A stretch of DNA of 64,000 bases. Source: Vicugna vicugna. Its lineage: Eukaryota. Shown here piece after piece: positions 12,240 to 29,706 of this stretch (its first letter is position 1; each line of letters opens with the position of its first letter). The position numbers were made by a program, and so were the translations under genes. Below the pieces are notes generated by a model that worked only from the letters and a program-made list of their open reading frames with translations, searched no databases and had not been told where the DNA came from. The DNA is taken from positions 186,001-250,000 of the forward strand of contig MU058289.1 of the NCBI GenBank assembly GCA_013265495.1, in the 5' to 3' direction.

Positions 12240-15200
12240 ATGACTAAGACAGATCCCGCCCCGATGGCCCCTCCGCTCAGGGCGGAGGAAGAAGAGGAGG
12301 AGGAGGATGAGCCTGTCCCGGAGCCCCCCAGCCCCACCCAGGAGCGCCGGCAGAAGCCTGTTGTGCACCCCTCGGCACCTGCCCCCCTCCCCAAGGACTA
12401 TGGTAACCACCCTTCCCACCCTGCAATATGGCCTGGAGCCTTGGGTGGCCAGGGAGGTTTGGCTGAACTCTGCTGGTGGAGATGGTGGGAGGATTCTGGA
12501 GCATTTGATGATGGTCTGGAGGAGTCATGGCCCTTGGATCCCCACCCCCTTCATTAATTCATTGATTCACCCATTGGAGAATAGAATTGGGATAATCCTA
12601 ATCTTTGATTCATGACACATCATTCAGTCATTTAGTCATTCAACAAACATTTTTGAACGCCTGCTGTGTACCTTGGAGCTAGGGGCACAGCATGGAGCAA
12701 GACAGACCCAGTCTTTGCCTGAGAGAACTCACAGGTGGCCTCAATAATGACTGCACAAATAAGTATAACGATATAAGTATATAATTACAAGACGTGATGA
12801 GAATTGTGTTTGCCAAGAACAGGATTCTACAAGAGCTTTTTAAGATATGGTTTCCCTGAGGAAATAACATTTAAGGGAGACCTAAGGATGAGTTGGGGGT
12901 TAACAAGGGAAAGGCTCAGGGGAAGGGGGTTACCCAGGGTAGATTACCACAGGAGTAAAGTCTCCAAGAATGTAGCGCTGAGAGGGTGGCCTCTTGGAGA
13001 AACTGAAAGTGTCTACTCATTCACCAAGCAATATTTATCCATCATGACTACTCTGACAAGTCTTGTGCTGGGAGATGGAGACTTAATGGTGAGCAATCCA
13101 GGCATGATACCTGCTCTCAGGAGAGAAGGTGAGACTAAACAAGTAACAAATGAATCAGATAAGTTCAGATGAGTGAATGTTATGAAAGAAATTAAAAGGT
13201 GGAGATATAATAGAGAATGGCTAGGGGGCAGCATCTTGACGCAGAGTGGTCAGGGTGGGTCTTTCTGATGAGGTGGCATTTGGGTTGAGACCCAGAGCAC
13301 GAGGAGGAATCAGCCATAGAAGAGCTGGGGAAAGAGAGTTCCAGGCTGTAAGTGGCAAGTGCAAAAGCCCTGAGACAGCATTGAGCTTGAAACAGAGAAA
13401 AATCATGGTGCTACACTTAGGGAGTGAAGGGAGTTAAGGTCAGAGGTTGGCAGTGCCTAGGTCTGGAAGGACCTTAAAGGCTACTATGAGGACTTTAGAT
13501 TTATCCTGAGTGTGATGAGGGAAGAGCAGTTGTAGGGGGTGGGTATTTGAAAGCAGACAGGTGGCAGGTCTGATTTATATTTTTAACAGCTCCCTCTGAC
13601 TACTGAGCAGGAAAGGTGGAGCTCAGCCAGGATTGAATACAGGAAGGGCTTTTAGAAGATGCTGGCTGGGAATCCCCAGCAGCTGTAAGTTCAGAAACTA
13701 GATTCCAAGTTTTGAGAGTAGGCATCACCAGGATACGGCAGGAGGGATGACATCTGTGGACATGTCACCCACTAGAGGTGGGTCGGGGTCAGGGAGGCCA
13801 CAAGTTGCCCTCAGTCTGATAGAAAAATAAGAACTTTATCTGGGTGTCCGGGGTTGGGTATTCACCCCAGGAAACTGGAAAATCTTCTCTGGAAATGTGG
13901 CTGGGGACTGTGGGCCAGAGGGGAGTCTTAAAGAGTCTAGGGTGCCTGTCCCCTGCCCCCAGAATCCTGCCTGTAGAACAAGGAGGGTTTGGTTACAGAA
14001 TGCGAAGGAATCTGAAAATATGATCTAGGACAGAGAGAAGGCTAAGGTGGATTCCAAAAGAAACTTGTGTATTTATTTATGAAATTTGTACATTAATACC
14101 GTCAAGGCTGACTGAACATCTAGTACCTTCCAGGTGCTGTCCTGGGCCCTGCAAATGAGGGAGTGAACACGGCAGCATGGAATTAGCCAAGTGACATTTT
14201 TAAAGAAATAAAGAAGGGCAGAGGTGCTGATTTAGCCAAGACGGTCTGGGGAGGCCTCTCTGAAGCCTTCAGAAGATCTGAGAGTAGACTGGCCCAGGCA
14301 AGAAAAACAGCAAGCACAAAGCCCTGAGACAGGAATTTGTCGGGCGAGTTGGAAGGACAGAAGGAGGCCAGTGTGGCTCGAGGGGGATGAGTGAAGGGGG
14401 AGAGGGCAGAGAACAGAGGAGGCCAGTTTGTACAGGGCCTGCGGGCTGGCATGAGGACTTCGGTTTGTAATCTGAGTGTGATGGGAGCCAGTGTTCCCAG
14501 CCAAGGAGAGCTGTGCTGTGACTGGGGTTTTAAAAGGCTTATTCCTGGAGAACCCTCCTCCGCAGCTCTTCCCTGGGCTCTGTATCATCTGGTCATTCAT
14601 TTGCTCATCCATTCAACGTGTGCTGCGCTCCTGCCCTGTGCCAGGCCCTGTGTTGGGTGCTGACCTTACTACAGAGTCTTAAGAGGGGAGATGCAGTTCC
14701 TCGGGGCACCACCCTGGCTAGTCACAGCTTGGACCCTGCTCATGGATACGTTTTGAAAAATTGGGGGAGGTTTCTCTTAAAAACTGTGATCTCTGGCTTT
14801 TTAATTTTCTTTACTCTGGAGATCTGGCGAACCTGTGCCCATACTCTGACAGGGCAACAGGGGCCAGAGCAGCAGCAGCCGCTGTTGGGCATGCTGGGCA
14901 CCCCCTCACTTCAAGGGGTGGAGTTTGCTGCCACATAGGAATTGCCTGATCTTCCAGTTTTTCCAGACATGCTGGGCACCCGCATTTTTAGGTGAAACCC
15001 TCCCAATTTTGAAACCCCGTGCTGGCCACACAGAAAATGCCTGTGGCCCACGTGCCACCAGTTTGAGACCCTGCATTAGAAGGTCTTAAAGGCAAAGACC
15101 TAGAACTCCCCTGCCTCAGGATGGAAGGACGGGGTCACTTTGCCTGGGTGACCTCGGACCTCTCACTACCCCAGCCTTCACCTTCTTCGACCCCAACGAC

Positions 15201-18200
15201 CCTGCCTGCCAGGAGATTCTGTTTGACCCGCAGACTACCATCCCTGAGCTGTTCGCCATTGTGCGCCAGTGGGTGCCCCAAGTCCAGCACAAAATCGATG
15301 TCATTGGCAATGAGGTAAGAACGCTGGGGAAGCCAGGGAGGAGACAGTGGGGTCCTTCACGTGTTTGGGTAACCCTCCTTGGTCCCCTGGTACTCCCAGA
15401 TTCTGCGCCGAGGCTGCCACGTGAATGATCGTGATGGGCTGACTGACATGACACTGCTCCATTATGCTTGCAAGGCTGGGGCTCACGGAGTCGGTGAGGT
15501 TACCAATCCCCAAACCACAAACCCAAAACCTAGGCTCCCACACCCGACACCTTCAGAACCCTGCCCGTGGACCCCCAATCTGAACCCGCAGCCTAAGATC
15601 CCAAAGCGTCTTCCCCATGCGCTGGGTCCACACTCTAGAGGAAGGGACCCAAGCTGACCCGGGCTGTCGCGCAGGGGACCCCGCGGCGGCTGTGCGCCTC
15701 TCTCAGCAGTTGCTCGCGCTGGGCGCGGACGTGACCCTGCGCAGCCGCTGGACCAACATGAACGCGCTTCACTACGCGGCCTATTTCGATGTGCCCGACC
15801 TCGTGCGCGTGCTGCTGAAGGGCGCGCGGCCCAGAGGTGAGGAGAAGGGGCTGTGCTGGGAGGGGGCAGGACCTAGACGAGGAAGGGGATCTGGAAGCAG
15901 AAGGAGGGTGCCTGGATGTGGGGAAAAGAGACGTGATGTGAAGCAGGCAGGGCAGGTGAGTGATGGGGCCTGGTGCGAGATACGGGTGGGAGGGGAGGCC
16001 ACAGGCAGGAGGTTGGCCAGATGGGGCTCAGTGGTCCATAACCCCATGGCCTGGCAGGAGCTGGTCAGGAGGGGAGTGGCCAAGGAGGGCAGGGCTCTGC
16101 GGTGGGGCGGGGCTCTGCAGCAGAGGCTGCGAGAGGCACTGAGGCCTGTGGTTTAAGAGGTGGATGAAGAGATGGACTTCCAGAGGCTGGAAGGTACCAG
16201 GAGGGCTGGGGTGCCAAGGGCGCTCACCCGGAACCCTCCTCTCACCCACTTCCCAGTGGTGAACTCCACGTGCAGTGACTTCAACCACGGCTCAGCCCTG
16301 CACATCGCTGCCTCCAACCTGTGCCTGGGCGCGGCCAAATGCTTGCTGGAGCACGGCGCCAACCCAGCGCTTCGGGTACTGCCACCCTGGCCTAGCCCTG
16401 TTGTCTTCCTTCTCCTTCTTCCCCAATCCCTTTCCCGGCCAGCAGGCCTCTGGTGGGGAGGGGGCAGGACCACTTCAGTTTCTTGAAGCTCTCAAAATAT
16501 GGCAAAAATCATCTATACATACAACAAATGTAACAGCTGACATTTACTTAGTGTTCATGATATGTCAGGTGAACCCTGTTTTGAGCCCTATATTACAATG
16601 GAGAAACTGAGGCAGAAAAAGTGATTTGTCCAGGGTCACCCTGCAAGGAGTATCTTCTTTAAATCTGGGCTGGACCCATGGCTGTGTGTACACAGAGACC
16701 CTTGGCCCCCCATAAGCCCTCAGTATGATCTTTGACCCCGACCCATCCATTTCCAGGTCCTATCCCCAACGTCAGTTTCTCTGCAGCATCCCAGGCACAG
16801 ATATTGCAGGGGGACATGGCCTGCGCCCCTGAGGTTCTGCCTCTCTTCATTCTGCATTGGCCTAGCTGGACCCCTGAGCCAGTACCATACAGTACCATTT
16901 TCAGTGTTTGTCCTTCACATGGTCCCATTCCAGGCTTGGGGTCTTGGCCTTGAGGCCGTGACCTACAGCTCCGAAGTGGGACCTTCATTCCCTATTGGCT
17001 CCACCCCAGTCCCACCCTCAATTACTTGACACCCCCAGCCTGAGGTCTTGAGTGGACTTCCCTGGGGACTGTGGTCTACACCTTAATGTCCCACCCCTTC
17101 TATTTCCATGGTGGTCCAGGGTATGACCTAGTCCCACCTCTGCTTCACCTAGACCTGGGGTCTCTTGCAGGGGGGAAGGGGCTCATTGGGGGTGTGGATT
17201 ACATCACTGAGTTTTCGCCCTCTCTCTTCATGTTGCTGCCCAGAACCGAAAGGGACAGGTGCCAGCGGAGGTGGTCCCAGACCCCATGGACATGTCCCTG
17301 GACAAGGCAGAGGCAGCGCTGGTGGCCAAGGAGCTGCGGACACTATTGGAGGAGGCCGTGCCACTCTCCTGTGCCCTCCCCAAGGTCACACTACCCAACT
17401 ATGACAACGTCCCAGGCAATCTCATGCTCAGTGCACTGGGCCTGCGCCTGGGAGACCGCGTGCTACTGGATGGCCAGAAGGTCAGGGACTAGAGCAGGGA
17501 TGGGAGGGCCAGGTTCAGCCCTCATCCCTCAGAGATGGGTCCTTGGGCAGAGTGCAGCCTCTCCCCTTTGTCTGCCCACCCTCCTGGTCATTCACACAGT
17601 ATTGATTTCACCTCACAGTTGCTCTGTGAGTGCCTCCTTTGTGACCCACCCTAGGCTGAGCTCTCAGTCCATGTTGGAAGACAGATCCAACACGTGACAG
17701 TGACAGCCCAGAGCAGCTCCATGGCTGCCACGAGGAAGCACAAGCAGAGTGATCAGTGCAGCTCTGCCCCATTTGGGTCCCCCGGGCCTTTTAGTCCCCA
17801 TGCAGGGCCCACTTGTGCTCCCAGGGTGATCAACACTTTGATTAGGAAAAACGTACAAGTCAGAGTGATCCAGGGTGTGATGGGGAAGACACACTTGAAG
17901 ATGCAGGTGAGTGAGCCAGGAGAAGAAAGGAAGAAGGGGGGTCTTAGGGAAAGGGAGCAGGTCTAAAGGCCAAGAGGACAGAGAGAATCTTCATTCATCC
18001 AGGAATTCCAAGTTTTATTCATTTACCTGGTGTCCCTCAGGCTCCATGCTGGACCCAGCCCATCCTTGGGATAAAGGGCTGTATTGGCCCCAGCCCTGCT
18101 CTCAAAGAGTTCCCTTTCTATTGAAGAAGAGACAGTCAATAAAGTAAACCCACAGTTGAGATAATTTCTGGTAGCAACAAGGGCCTTGAAAAGCATTAAA

Positions 18201-21200
18201 TACTTGGATTTAGTAAATTGTCCCTGGCTGAGGGCAGAGGTTGTTTTTAGCTAGGGTGTTCTGAGACAGCTTCTCTGAAAAGCAAGGGTGGTATCTGATT
18301 GGAAGGAGCTCATCTTGCAAAAATACGGAGACACAGGAAATAGTAGGTACAAAGGCCTGGAGGAGGGAAGGGGTGGTGTAACAGGGGAGTTACCAAGGGA
18401 GGGTGAGGTGGAGAGGTTAGCAGGGGCTGGATGACACCAGACCTGCAGGCCACTGAAATGAATTTGAATTTTGTTTCTTTGTACAGCGAGAAACCCTAAA
18501 AGTCACATTTTATTTCCTAATCAAGAGGTTTGCATGCATCAGCCCCATCTAGAAAGCTTTTATACGTGATCTGATCAAATCCATTTGTGACAATTTTGAA
18601 AGCAGGATGGGTTGACTTTCCCCATTTTACAACACAGAAGACTGTAAGAGTCTCAGAGAGGTGAAACCCTTTGTCTGAAGACATCACAATCTCTGCCCAT
18701 AGAGGAGCAGCAGAGCACAATGGTTATAAGCTCAGGCTCAGGGATTTGCTCAGGCAAATCTTAGCTTTGCCACATACTAGCTGTGGGGCTTGGGGCCAGT
18801 GATTTCACCTCTCTGGACATCAGTTTCTTCATCTGTAAAATGGAGCTAACAGTAGCCACTTCAGCAGGTCATATGAGGTTTAAATGAGTTAAAATGTGTA
18901 AAGCCCTTAGAACAGGGCTTGATGCACACTAAGTGCCCTTTGTGTGTCAGGCACTGCTCTGATCCCCACACCGCTTCTCCAAAGTAGGCATTATTATTAT
19001 TTAGCCCATTTTACAGACAAAGAGCTGAGGCTTAGAGAGGTGAGGGAACCTCACACAATGATATTAGTCACACTCAGTGCAGCTAAGCAACTTTGTGTAT
19101 ATCAAAGATGTTTCAACCAGACAACCAGCCGATGAAGTGGACTGTTTTCCCCATTTTCCAGATGAAACTGAGGCCCGTGAGTTATCAAAGTCACAGGATA
19201 ATAAGAATCAACACTTACTGATCCCTTACTCAGTATCAGACCCTATTCTGAGGGCTTTAATTTCACTATAGCATTCATGTCCAATAGACCTTGTGATGAT
19301 GGAAATGTTCTGTGTCTGTGTCATCCAGTGCAGTAGCCACAAGCCACCTGTGGCTATTAAGCACTTGAAATGTGGCTACTGTGATTGGGGAAATGATATT
19401 TTAATTTAATTTTAGTTAATTTAATTTGCCATATGTGGCCAGTGGCTATTTGCTGCTTCCGACAGGGCAGCTTTGTAATGATCCTATAAGGTGGGTGTGA
19501 ATTCTGCCCCCATTTTGCAGATGAGGATGTTGAGGCACAGTATGGTTAAGTCATACGGCCAGTGAATGGTGATGTCCAAGCTGAGATTTGAGCCTGGGGC
19601 TTCCTCACCTGCCCCACCAGCTGCCTGTGTATCAGTGATCTGTGATGGCCTCCCAAGGCCCACCCAAACTATATCCTCCCTTGTTTCTGCAGACGGGCAC
19701 ACTTCGGTTCTGCGGGACCACCGAGTTCGCCAGTGGTCAGTGGGTGGGCGTGGAGCTGGATGAACCTGAGGGCAAGAATGATGGCAGTGTTGGGGGTGTC
19801 CGGTACTTCATCTGCCCTCCCAAGCAGGGTGAGTCCCACAGGGGCTCAAAAGGGTGGTGATGGTTTCCACTCAGTAGTTCTGATGCTGCCAGCTGAGGGG
19901 GTTGGGGGGTGATGGCAGGGCAGAGGGCAGAGGCTTGGACAACTCCCAGCCCAGGTTATGTCCCCCCAGGTCTCTTTGCCTCTGTGTCCAAGATCTCCAA
20001 GGCAGTGGACGCACCTCCCTCATCTGTTACCTCCACACCTCGGACTCCCCGGATGGACTTCTCCCGCGTCACTGGCAAAGGCCGCAGGGAGCACAAAGGT
20101 CAGAGGGGGAGCCCTGGGGCTGAGGAGAGCCAGTCTTGAGCATCTTCTGTGGGTAGCCCAGCTTCCGTGACTCAGTTTCTTCTCAGGCCCAAAGTCCCAT
20201 TTTAGAGGATGATCTCTGAGTCCCTGACTTCTATGACTTAGTGTCTCCTTTGACTCAGTACCGGCCCCACCTGGTTCTTGGAAGGACCTGTGGGTTCCCT
20301 GCCCACTGTGACACAGTTTCTCGTCAGACCCAAAGGTTTTCTCCCAGTTTCAGGGAAGAATCTATGGGGTTCCTGGCTTCAGTGACTTGATTTATTCTCA
20401 GACCCAATAGCCACTTCATTGTGAAAGGATAGTTTCTGGGTTCCTGACTTCTGAGACTCAGTTTTTCCTTTGGCTTAAGTAGCCTCAACTTTGAGAAGGA
20501 GTTTTGGAATTCTCCAGGTTCTTGACTCAGTTTTCCCTCCGGCCTAAAGCCCCCAGCCCCAGTTATCTGACAACTGGGGATGTTTCCTTTCAAGCTCACC
20601 CACCCCCCAATTTGGAGGAAGGCTCTGCTTTTCCTTTGATTGGAACCAGGCAAGAGCTTCTACCTTGTGGCTTTCTGGTGACACAGGGTCCCCGGGGCTG
20701 GCATTTAGAGGCCTCTCCCTCACCCCTTGTACCCTCCACCCCCAGGCAAGAAGAAGCCCCCGTCATCCCCATCTCTGGGCAGCCTGCAGCAGCGCGACGG
20801 AGCCAAGGCTGAGGTTGGAGACCAGGTCCTCGTCGCAGGCCAGAAGCAAGGGATTGTGCGCTTCTATGGGAAGACAGACTTTGCCCCAGGTGAGGACAGA
20901 TATCTGGGCTGGGGAGCAGGCAGGACCTCGAGGCATCCTGACACCCTCCTACCGCAGGTTACTGGTACGGCATCGAGCTAGACCAGCCCACCGGGAAGCA
21001 CGATGGCTCTGTCTTTGGCGTCCGGTACTTTACCTGCCCTCCGAAGCATGGAGTCTTTGCTCCAGCATCTCGAATTCAGAGGTGAGTCCAAACTCTGATC
21101 CCAAAACAGGGCGCCACCCAGAGCCCTGATTTCTCCCTTAGGTGCCCTGGAGGGGTATTCCTCCTCGTGGACCAGGAGGACAGTTTGGATACCCACCCCC

Positions 21201-22293
21201 ACGCCCTAGCTCTTTCCTTGTAGGCTCCCTGGCGCACAGCTCCTGGCCAGACCCTGCCTGACCTCTTGTGGCTCTGACTCCTCCCACCCCTCGTGTCTCC
21301 CTAGGATTGGTGGATCCACCGATCCCCCTGGCGACAATGTTGGAGCCAAAAAAGTACATCAAGTGACAAGTGAGTTGGGGGCTGGGTATGAGGAGGAGTG
21401 TGGGTTTGGGGATAGGAGGGAAGGTCGTGGGTTCTCAGGTCTATGCTGGAGTAGAATCTCCAGTGTTCATTTGGGACACAGGATCTGGGAAAATGATGAG
21501 ACAGGATCCCCCAAAGGGTGGGTGCTATGGGGATGGGGATGTTAATGACAAGGCTCTGGGCAGGCACTGGAGACATGGGCAGGTCTTGGAGGACACAGGA
21601 AATATTATTGACGACAGGTCTAGATGGCTGTTGGGAATGCCAGCCCACCGGTAAGCATGATGGCTTTATCTTTGGTGTCTAGTGGGATGTGGATAAGTAT
21701 TAATGACAAGGAGTCTGGGTGGGTATTGATAGACAGGTGGGTCTGCCATCCCCTCACCTGAGACCTTGCCCTTCCCTTCAGTGTCACAGCCCAAACGCAC
21801 CTTCACAACAGTCCGGACTCCAAAGGACATTGCATCCGAGAACTCCATCTCCAGGTGCGTAGCAACCCTTGGCCCCCTCTCCTGCGGGATATTCAGGAAA
21901 AGGCAATCACCAGGCCATTGGACACAGGGGTCTGGAGCTCTGGGTGGGGCTGGAAGTAGAGGTTAGGAAAACTTATGGTGAGTTAGCTTACCCAGACACA
22001 GTCTTTACGGAGTGAGGCCCCACACTGAATTCTGGTGACTTCAGCTTTTTAGGGGCAGGTAGAGGAGGCAGAACATCCTCCGCCTCATGGGAGCCTGAGA
22101 AGGCATAGCCGGAGAGGCAGAGGCAGAATCCAGAAAGGCCAAATCCCAGACACGTGGGGAAGAGCTGGGGGGTGATGGGTCCAGATGCTCTCACCCGCTG
22201 CACCCTGCACCAGGGTGTGACACAGTTCTCTTCCCCAGGTTGCTCTTCTGCTGCTGGTTTCCCTGGATGCTGAGGGCGGAGATGCAGTCTTAG
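12240..22293 (+). CDS. CLIP3: CAP-Gly domain-containing linker protein 3 (CLIPR-59), 546 aa
   Basis: Coding exons 12240-12402, 15175-15314, 15400-15493, 15675-15836, 16257-16375, 17244-17480, 19693-19828, 19970-20098, 20746-20889, 20958-21081, 21305-21369, 21782-21854, 22239-22293; total 1641 nt, all GT-AG. Glu-rich N-terminus (MTKTDPAP), ankyrin repeats (TLLHYAC, ALHYAA, ALHIAA), two CAP-Gly domains (GKNDG, GKHDG), C-terminus [17 protein letters not shown]. Confidence 0.97.
19270..19470. mobile_element. hAT-Charlie MER3-like DNA transposon fossil
   Basis: Recalled consensus-like text tgtccaatag...gatgatggaaatgttct...tagccac...gtggcta with internal palindromes. Confidence 0.55.
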
Positions 22294-23776
22294 AGGCCCT
22301 GGACATCCCACAAAGAGACACAGAGTCCCCTCTAGTGTCTCCTGACACAAGGAGCCCCCGAGTCACCCTGAGATAGAGATTCCCAGTAACACATCCAGAA
22401 TAGAGACTCCCCCAGTAGCCAGCCCTCGATCACTGAGGCCCCATTATTAACAGATTTCCCCATGATAACTCCCCAAATACAGACCTTGTGTTACCCAGAA
22501 AGAGATTCCCTGAGTGTAGCACCTTCAGGCTAGTCCCTATCCCCAACCTCTCAGAGCAGACCCCCTAGTAACAGATTTCCACATCATTCCAAATGACGGT
22601 GACTTTCTCTACATAATGCTCCACAACAGAACATTCCTGAGTCACTTGTCACTGGATCAGAACCCTTACCTATTAACAAAGACCCACCCCATCAAGTCCC
22701 CTTGAAAGAAACCCCTCCAGAACAACAGGGTAACAAACCCACATTTAATTTCAGTCCCCTCAAGATGCTGTGACCCCTGTGGTCACCCCAAACCCTTACA
22801 CTACAATCAGAGACCCCCCTCCACTGACAAAAACCCCTGCTCTTACCCCTCAAGAAGAGACCCACATTAACCAGCCCACTGTCACCACCAATTTACAGAC
22901 ACCAAAACAGTCCTGGAAGTGCTAATTACAGGACCCCCAAGTCTTCCTGTCCTCTGTACCCTCAAGAAACCCCCAGTGCCTTGTATGAAGCCCACCCCAT
23001 GTGGCCCACAGTACCTGTGCTGGCCAGGCTCCCAGAAAATTCTCTATTTTTAAAGCAATTATTTCCCCCTTTGGGGGACCCCAAAATTTGGAGGTCCCAT
23101 TCTGGGACTCTAAGCATCCTAAACCCCAGATTACATGTCCCAAACTACCCTGTGCCCCCAAGTCCTACATCCCCTAGGAGACCCCAAAGCCCTAACTCCC
23201 AGGACCCCCAAATCATGGACTCCCCAAATCCCCAGGGAATCCCAAATTTAAAAATCCAATCCCAAGCCCCCAGGAAACCCTAGTCATGGAGGTCCTTGTG
23301 CCTGGGATGGAGGAGACTGCAGTCAGGATATGTATCCCGGGCTCCCAGGGCACCTTAAGTCCCATTCATAGGCCCCAGGAGACCCCAAACAGGAATTCTT
23401 ATCCCTGGAAAACAGAGGACTTCAGTGCCCTGAGTCAGTAGATCTCAAGACACCCAAATTCCAAGAGCCCTAGCCCCAAGGGAACCCCAAATCCTCAAAC
23501 CTCCATCTCTAATACATGAAGGGCACCAAGGCCTTGAGGGGATCCCAAATCCTGGAGCCCCCACTATAGTCTACTTTCTGGTCACAGGTCCAAGACATTA
23601 AATCTTAAGTTACTGGCCTCGAAGGACCTCACAGCTCCCTGGCCAGACTATGCTCGCGGGAGACCCTGAAGGCCCAGGAGGTCCACGGCAGACCTGGGGC
23701 CCTGAACACCAAGGACAGCTCACAACTGCCCCTTCACTGCATGTCCCCCAAACTCAGCATGACCCCGACTCCCTTC

Positions 23777-23782
23777 AATAAA
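23777..23782 (+). terminator. CLIP3 polyadenylation signal
   Basis: AATAAA ~1.5 kb after the stop, followed by GT/T-rich sequence. Confidence 0.8.
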
Positions 23783-23989
23783 GACGTTTCTATGGCTCTT
23801 TGCGTCGGGTCTGTGTTTGGCGAGTTACGGCCTTGCCTCTGTATCCTTGCTGGGGGAGGATGGCAGAGTAAGTTCATACCTCAAGCTCGCCTCCCTGCGG
23901 CTTGGGTATAAGATCGCCTAGTCTGTGGGAAGTCCATCTAACAGTCGCGTTTTTCCTGAGGCCGCCACAGCTGCCCCTCGGCGCTGGGC

Positions 23990-24287
23990 TCTCTCCGCAG
24001 TGTGGACAGGTTCTGTTCTGGCGCTCTGATTGGCCGCTGCCAGAAGAAGACGCGTTTCTGAAAGATCCCCAATGGCTCAGAGGCCAGGAGGTACAGCCTA
24101 TCACCGAACGAAACTGAAGGGGCGGGGCAATATTGTGTAAGAGCGCCGATTGGGTGGAAGGCGGAGCCTTAGCGCCTTTGAGAACTCCCATTGGTCCGAG
24201 GACTCTGCGTCAGGCATGTGGGGCGGAAGTGGCTGGGAAGGGAATGGGGGTGTTGAATTTGGAATTTGGAGGGGACACTGGTGGACG
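23990..24287 (+). promoter_or_regulatory. ALKBH6: ALKBH6 promoter and first exon
   Basis: Several CCAAT/ATTGG boxes (~24029, ~24069, ~24149, ~24190), GC box GGGGCGGGG 24119-24127, ETS-like GCGGAAGT 24223-24230, donor CG|GTCAGT after 24287. Confidence 0.7.
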
Positions 24288-25083
24288 GTCAGTTCTTGGG
24301 GGTGGCCGAGGGCGGAGATAAGGGTCTGAGAGGGCTGAGAGTGAGGATTCGGAAAAGCTCAGACGGGAGTCCGAGGGAGTTCAAAGCGTGGGATCCAAGG
24401 GGTTCAGGGAAGGGAGGTGTGAGGAGTCAGGCTCCGAGTCAAAGGTCCAAGGGTGCTGCAGTGAAGGGCTCTTGGAAAGAGAGGTCTGAGGGGATCCTAG
24501 AGTTGGGGGATCCGAGGAGACTGCAAATGGATGTATCTGAGGCTGCTTAGATAGGGGGTTCGAGGGTACTCAGAATGGGGCGTCTGAAAGGGCTTAAGGC
24601 GGGAGGAGGGTCCACAAGGACCTTGAATATTGTTAAGAGAGTCGGGCTCAGAGTTGCAGATCCGAAGTTTTTAGGATGAGGTCTTAAATTAAGGTGTCTA
24701 AAGGGGCTCTAGGGTGCAGCCCTGGGGGATATGTGTGGTGGAGCTCTTGAGAAAGGCTCCCAATGGACTCAGGGGTTGTTCTCTGCGAGAGCCTTGGGAG
24801 GGCAAAATACGTGTAGCCTGATAGGCCTTTGGTGGATGGCGTTTGGGGGAGTGTTCTGGGTATTCATCGTGTCTAGGCAGGGAGCCTGGGGGTGCATTGG
24901 GTGGCTTTTGAGATGTTGAGGACTTAGGTTTTAGAAACCAAGTGAGTTTTGCTAGAGGGCTGAGGTGAGGCCCTGGCCCATGATAAGAGACGAAGGCTGG
25001 ATCATATCCTGAGGGTGGCAGTCTTGGTGGCTTCAGTGTGTTCTCTTTCCACAGAACTGACTGGGTACTCGGAGTTGCTGTTG

Positions 25084-29087
<4,004 letters not shown>

Positions 29088-29249
29088 CGCCAGGTCCCAG
29101 GATCCGCCGGGATTCCCGGGCTTTCGCCTGCTCTGGACAGCTGCCACCCTGTGACCTTGAAACCCTGGGGCAGAGGCAACTCCTCTTACCTCTCCCGGGG
29201 TTATTTTCCCAGTAACTGTGTGGGAACCATAGGAAAAGGCCCCATTCCA

Positions 29250-29255
29250 AATAAA
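29250..29255 (+). terminator. ALKBH6 polyadenylation signal
   Basis: AATAAA ~160 nt after the stop. Confidence 0.75.
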
Positions 29256-29706
29256 CCAACAACAAAAAATACCTTATTTTGGTTTTGGACATGGCAGAAG
29301 GGAGGGGTCAGATGCTTGGGTTCCTGAGGGGCGCTGCGCCTGGCACCTTAAGAGGGAGGGTGTGGGCCATGGGGGTCAGATGTATGGGTCACAGAGTGGA
29401 GCAGAATCCAGGGCTTTTGAGGGGGGAGGGTTATATCTGGAGACCCCTTATGTGGGTGGTGCGAGCTTGGGAGGTTCAGCTACTGGTCTGCTGGGGAGGA
29501 ATGAGTTAAGTGGTACTGCTGTCACCTGAGCTGGGCATCAGATTACCTGGGTCCAGTTTCCACCTGGGAAGAGCCTGGCCCTGGGCTCCTGGCTACCTCA
29601 GGCCTGGGTGAGTCCTACTGAGGAGGTCTGGGGGTGGGTACCCCTGGCTGGGAAAAGGGCTCCTACTGGGGATCCTCACTGAATCTCTGTTCCCAGGCTC
29701 CCGAAT

